Below, in pieces: positions 60,405-64,000 of a stretch of DNA of 64,000 nucleotides. How positions within the stretch are numbered: the stretch's first letter is position 1; every line of letters begins with the position of its first letter. The notes beneath the pieces are model-generated. The model was not told the origin of the DNA. It saw only the letters and a program-made list of their open reading frames with translations, and ran no database searches. This DNA comes from Candidatus Bathyarchaeota archaeon (GTDB taxonomy: Archaea > Thermoproteota > Bathyarchaeia > TCS64). Location of the stretch: contig CAVYLP010000001.1 in NCBI GenBank assembly GCA_963769425.1, positions 160,001 through 224,000 on the forward strand, written 5' to 3'. The position numbers and the translations under genes were made by a program.

Positions 60405-60486
60405 GGCGGGGTGGGGAGGGCATACCATACTCGTCTCAACGTTTATGGTCGGCGTACACGTCGACAAGACGTCCCCCCGCCCCGAT
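60405..60486. other. GC-rich structured intergenic element between divergent rbr and PfkB genes
   Basis: Stem CGGGGTGGGG(A)GGGC/GTCCCCCCGCCCCG enclosing mutually exclusive hairpins; TATA-like boxes on both flanks. Confidence 0.45.
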
Positions 60487-60565
60487 TCTCCCCGAGGAAC
60501 CCCGATGTATAAACCTGACCAAGAGTCAGCCTCCCCCTTTTATCTTCTCGACCCATTTGCTAGGC

Positions 60566-61450
60566 GTGGAGCCAATCGCCGTCGTCGGCCACATCGCTAT
60601 AGACCGGATCATCAACCGCGGCGGTGAGCGGCGGCAGCTCGGCGGGCCACCCACATACATCTCATTGATAACCAACCTGCTCGGCGTCCCACTTGTCACT
60701 GCGACGAAGGTGGGCGGGGACTTTCCTGACGAGTATGTCTCGGAGCTGGAGGCGAGGGGTCTGGACATCCGCGGCTCCGTTGTGCCCTCTGCGGAGACGA
60801 CGCGCTTCGTCCTAGACTACACTGGCACGGAGAGGGGCCTCGGCTATGAGAGCCTTTGCGACCCAATTGAGCCTCGGGACGTCGAGAGGCTGCCCGACGC
60901 TGCTATCCTTGCTCCCATAGTCGGGGAGATATCAGTGGAGACGCTCCGAGTCATAAAGTCGAGGAACATCGCCCTCGACCCGCAGGGATTCGTGAGGAGG
61001 CTTGAGCCAGGAGGCTCGATAAGTCTCCAACCATGGTGCGACGTTGAGCTTCTTAGCCGCCTATCCGTCTTCAAGGCATCGGAGCGGGAACTGCGCCTAG
61101 TCGCGGGAGAAGGGGGTTGGGTTGGCTTGGAGAAGCTGGTTAGGCTCGGGGTGAAGGTCGCGATTGAGACGCGTGGCGGGGAGGGCGCCCAAATTAGGTA
61201 CGCTAGTGGGAGGATGATCGTGCCCGCATATGCAGGGGAGACGGTGGACACCACTGGTGCGGGGGATGCCTTCATAGCTGGCTTCTTCTCCGCCTACGCC
61301 TTCGGGGAGAGCGTCGAGTGCAGCGCCGCTCTGGGCTCCGCGGCAGCGTCCGCGGTCGTTGAAACAGTCGGGCCCAGAATAAAGATCGGGAGAGCAGAAC
61401 TATTCGAGAGGGCGGAGAAGGTGCTCGACGGGATCAGGCTTCTAGCCTAG
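60566..61450 (+). CDS. PfkB family carbohydrate kinase
   Basis: GHIAID, GGP, VGGD, DPQG and DTTGAGDAF; GTG at 60566 follows a TTTTATC box. Confidence 0.88.
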   Translation: MEPIAVVGHIAIDRIINRGGERRQLGGPPTYISLITNLLGVPLVTATKVGGDFPDEYVSELEARGLDIRGSVVPSAETTRFVLDYTGTERGLGYESLCDPIEPRDVERLPDAAILAPIVGEISVETLRVIKSRNIALDPQGFVRRLEPGGSISLQPWCDVELLSRLSVFKASERELRLVAGEGGWVGLEKLVRLGVKVAIETRGGEGAQIRYASGRMIVPAYAGETVDTTGAGDAFIAGFFSAYAFGESVECSAALGSAAASAVVETVGPRIKIGRAELFERAEKVLDGIRLLA

Positions 61451-61945
61451 CATCCTCTTCGAGACGAAGTAGACGCTGAGGGCGGCCACTAGACCGACTC
61501 CCCACATTGCGTAGTACCCCAAGTCGGCGTAGGGGTTGTAACTTCGGTCGGCGTTTTCAACCGTGGACGCGGCATCGGACTTTGTCCCCGCCGCCTGTGA
61601 GGCAGTTGCCGCGGCATCAGCAGCGATAGTAGTTCCAGTCGCAGCTATGCTAGCAGTCAATGCCGCTGTACTCGTCGACGGAACTTCGAACCCCGAGGAG
61701 TTGTTCGGTGTAGTTATTACAAATGCTGCTGAGGAGTTTGAAAACCCTCTGCCCGTGACTACTGTGTCTCCCGCCGTGGAGGTCTTGTTCAGCGTGGACT
61801 CAGGTGCTGCCCCCGAGTGCAGGGTGGGCGTCTGAACCACCGCTGGCGCCGCGAAGTTGGAGAGCTGCCCTGGCAGCAGCCCGACCAGCATCACCCCGAC
61901 GACAACCGCTAATACCGCGTATATACCCGTCCTCATCGCTGTCAA
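61442..61945 (-). CDS. Hypothetical S/T/A-rich protein with terminal TM helices
   Basis: N- and C-terminal hydrophobic segments with a low-complexity middle. Confidence 0.65.
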   Translation of the reverse strand: MTAMRTGIYAVLAVVVGVMLVGLLPGQLSNFAAPAVVQTPTLHSGAAPESTLNKTSTAGDTVVTGRGFSNSSAAFVITTPNNSSGFEVPSTSTAALTASIAATGTTIAADAAATASQAAGTKSDAASTVENADRSYNPYADLGYYAMWGVGLVAALSVYFVSKRMLG

Positions 61946-62014
61946 TCTATACCCATCCCGCCGACTCTCTTAATGCTAGGCTTCCGAACACCCGTTCTAC
62001 TGTTAGAACAGCGA

Positions 62015-62449
62015 TCAGCTCGGCTTCTCCCTCCAGATCTTGACCGTCTCGTACCAGAATACGGCGGCTGGGACGAGACCCATGACGAGTGTGGTGATGT
62101 ACTCCCGGGTGGGGATGAAGGGGAAGGTGGCGAGGAAGGTCACGAGCATGGACGTGACGAGTACGGCGTAGAAGAGGAACCTGGGGAGCATCACGCCCCC
62201 GACGCTGACGAAGCTGCGGAGGACGCCGACCTTGACCTCCTTGATGAGATGGTAGTCCCCGTAGGCGTTCTCAACAAGGCCGAGGTCCTGAAGCTTCTGC
62301 AGGTGGTAGGCGGCGACGCTGGGGCTGCTGAAGCCCAAGGCTCGCTGGACCTCGCGGACGCCCACCGTCTCCTGCCCACCCTTTAGGATGTGCATATAGA
62401 CGAGGAGCGTCTTCCCCTTCAGCTCCGACTCTATGTTGGCGTCGTCCAA
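62015..62449 (-). CDS. Membrane-tethered winged-HTH regulator
   Basis: VGVREVQRALGFSSPSVAAYHLQKL wHTH plus two C-terminal TM. Confidence 0.8.
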   Translation of the reverse strand: MDDANIESELKGKTLLVYMHILKGGQETVGVREVQRALGFSSPSVAAYHLQKLQDLGLVENAYGDYHLIKEVKVGVLRSFVSVGGVMLPRFLFYAVLVTSMLVTFLATFPFIPTREYITTLVMGLVPAAVFWYETVKIWREKPS

Positions 62450-62493
62450 TCGGCTTCACCTTTAAGAAAAATGTGAGACATTTAACATTGGCG

Positions 62494-63345
62494 CTATGGG
62501 AGGAGATTAAGGATGGCGAGGGTTGCGTGGACGGCTTCCTCTGTGCGGACCGTCTCCGTCCCCTGCTCCGGGATCAAGTTGAGGTTGAACTGGAAGCAAT
62601 CCGGGACTTCCCTGTTCTCGTGCTTCAGTATCTCCTGTAGCCCAGCGCGGGGGCTGCCGAATGCGACGAGGATATTGCGGGCCTCCATGAGCCTTGTCTT
62701 CAGTCGCTCTTCCTCAGATGCTATGGGCGCGCCCGTCCTGCTCGTTGCTATGGTGAGGTCGTAGTAGCCGCTGGAGGCCAGCTCGCCGAGCGGCTTCCTC
62801 GACGCCTGTATCTCGTAGCCCCAGTAGTGTGGGATGTCGATCCTCCTCGCCATCTCGCAGCGAGGCTCTGTGCCTATCTCAACGATCTTTACTGTGACCC
62901 TACTACCGCGGGAGGGGGACTTGCCCACGAAGCGTATCGACTTATCGACTCCTATGTCGACGACGTTTACGCCCTGCTGATCGAGAAGGACACCTTCGCG
63001 GAAATCGCCAACGCGCAGGTTCGCGGCATGGGCCTCTAGTTGATGGTGGGGGGTGCGTAGTGGCTGGAGTGTGCCCGCGTACTGTAGCTCGGGGCGGATC
63101 TTGTAGAGATACTTGCGCAGGTACTGAGGCGTCTCGACGTAGCCGAGGATGAGCTTGATAAGTGCCGACTCGTCGGGTTGGTCGGGGTAGATGACTATCT
63201 CCTCGGCCCTGAAAATGGCGGCGCTCCGCGCGACGCGGCCTATGACCTCGGTTTTGTCCCTGAGGTTCACGTACTCAGCAACCAGGGACGCGGGGACTGC
63301 AATCGAAAGCCTACTCCTTCGCCTGCTCGGGGTCAAAATCTTCAC
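62494..63345 (-). CDS. SPOUT RNA methyltransferase (SPOUT1/MTH1-like)
   Basis: ETPQYLRK, PLRTPHH, FREG, YWGY, FGSP and QGTETVRTEEA. Confidence 0.9.
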   Translation of the reverse strand: MKILTPSRRRSRLSIAVPASLVAEYVNLRDKTEVIGRVARSAAIFRAEEIVIYPDQPDESALIKLILGYVETPQYLRKYLYKIRPELQYAGTLQPLRTPHHQLEAHAANLRVGDFREGVLLDQQGVNVVDIGVDKSIRFVGKSPSRGSRVTVKIVEIGTEPRCEMARRIDIPHYWGYEIQASRKPLGELASSGYYDLTIATSRTGAPIASEEERLKTRLMEARNILVAFGSPRAGLQEILKHENREVPDCFQFNLNLIPEQGTETVRTEEAVHATLAILNLLP

Positions 63346-63832
63346 CTGCTTTTAACCTAGGCCAAGCCTTCCAGCCCGTCTTTACGAGGCGCTCCCGCTT
63401 ATCAACGTCTCGGAGCACCCACGCGAGGAAGCTGTCGAAGCCGCGTAGCTTCCTAGCCTGGTCGGGGGTGCCTACACCGAGGCGACTCAGGTGCTTGGCG
63501 TACTCCTCCTCCGCGAACTCCTGAGTGATGCCTGTTATCTTGCTTGGGACGACCTTGTAGCCCTCGTTGGCGAGGGCCTTCCTGACTTCGGAGAGTATGT
63601 AACCAGTGCAGACGTGGACGGGCTCATCCTTAGTGATGCCGAGGGCTTCTGCCCCCTCCCTCACGATTCGGAGGACATGGTGGAGGTAAGCCTTCGTCTT
63701 GAAGGCTGATCCCTGGAACGTCTCGACAGGCACCTCGCCGACGTACCTCTCGTTTGTTCCGACTCGCCGCATCACTATTACAGCTCCCCCAACTAGGTCG
63801 CCCCAGCCTGAGTCATCCACCTCGACTACCAT
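63311..63832 (-). CDS. RNase H-like hypothetical protein, paralog of 38226-38738
   Basis: VEVDDSGWGDLVGGAVI, VHVCTG and VKTGW. Confidence 0.6.
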   Translation of the reverse strand: MVVEVDDSGWGDLVGGAVIVMRRVGTNERYVGEVPVETFQGSAFKTKAYLHHVLRIVREGAEALGITKDEPVHVCTGYILSEVRKALANEGYKVVPSKITGITQEFAEEEYAKHLSRLGVGTPDQARKLRGFDSFLAWVLRDVDKRERLVKTGWKAWPRLKAGEDFDPEQAKE

Positions 63833-63870
63833 GTGATCGGAAAATTATCGGCGCGGCTGTTTAAAAGGGG

Positions 63871-63999
63871 CTAGCCCCGCTTAAGTCGGTCGATTGATTC
63901 AACAGTGCTTGGGTCCTTGCCGTAGAGTACACCGAGGTAGGCGCTCACATAGTCGCCCACGTAAAGCAAACTAAGCATCCGGGCTAAGTGGCCCTCTCC
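63871..63999 (-). CDS. 3' end of bifunctional phosphoglucose/phosphomannose isomerase, partial
   Basis: Manual translation GEGHLARMLSLLYVGDYVSAYLGVLYGKDPSTVESIDRLKRG*. Confidence 0.8.
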   Translation of the reverse strand, partial: GEGHLARMLSLLYVGDYVSAYLGVLYGKDPSTVESIDRLKRG

Positions 64000-64000
64000 A

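Noticed and set aside
60374-60565. Long N-terminal extension of the PfkB ORF
   Set aside because: Non-protein-like sequence; a TTTTATC box supports a leaderless GTG start at 60566

Overview
Archaeal chromosomal window, most consistent with a Bathyarchaeia-like TACK archaeon (rpl40e, Trm112-like and Cren7-like domains, cofC/cofD, PGI/PMI, many apparently leaderless genes about 24 nt behind TTTTAT boxes). About 3.4-22.5 kb is a visibly AT-richer accessory stretch: PIN remnant, HTH regulator with three operator boxes, a frameshifted transglutaminase-MoxR-DUF58 operon, a Cren7-like/acidic-tail fusion and small orphan genes. It ends in a tyrosine-integrase C-terminal remnant next to tRNA-Arg(GCG). 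About 23-64 kb is GC-richer housekeeping and peptide/amino-acid catabolism (GGT, M19, two M42 peptidases, two creatininases, saccharopine dehydrogenase-like, DDAH, proline racemase family, class II HMG-CoA reductase, rubrerythrin, SPOUT methylase). The strongest unexplained signal is a ~425-nt non-coding element present twice (22553-22980 and 54849-55274). It folds into many + strand stems, shows a compensatory base-pair change plus several WC/G-U swaps between the copies, is closed by a terminal stem, and lies next to broken genes in both places. It is a candidate large structured ncRNA or non-autonomous mobile element. Also seen: two more intergenic structured-RNA candidates (53372-53524, 60405-60486), a degenerate 21-bp tandem repeat cluster (24586-24875) and several enzymes with altered catalytic motifs. 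Some single-base frameshifts may be assembly errors. All calls come from manual reading; no database searches were run.
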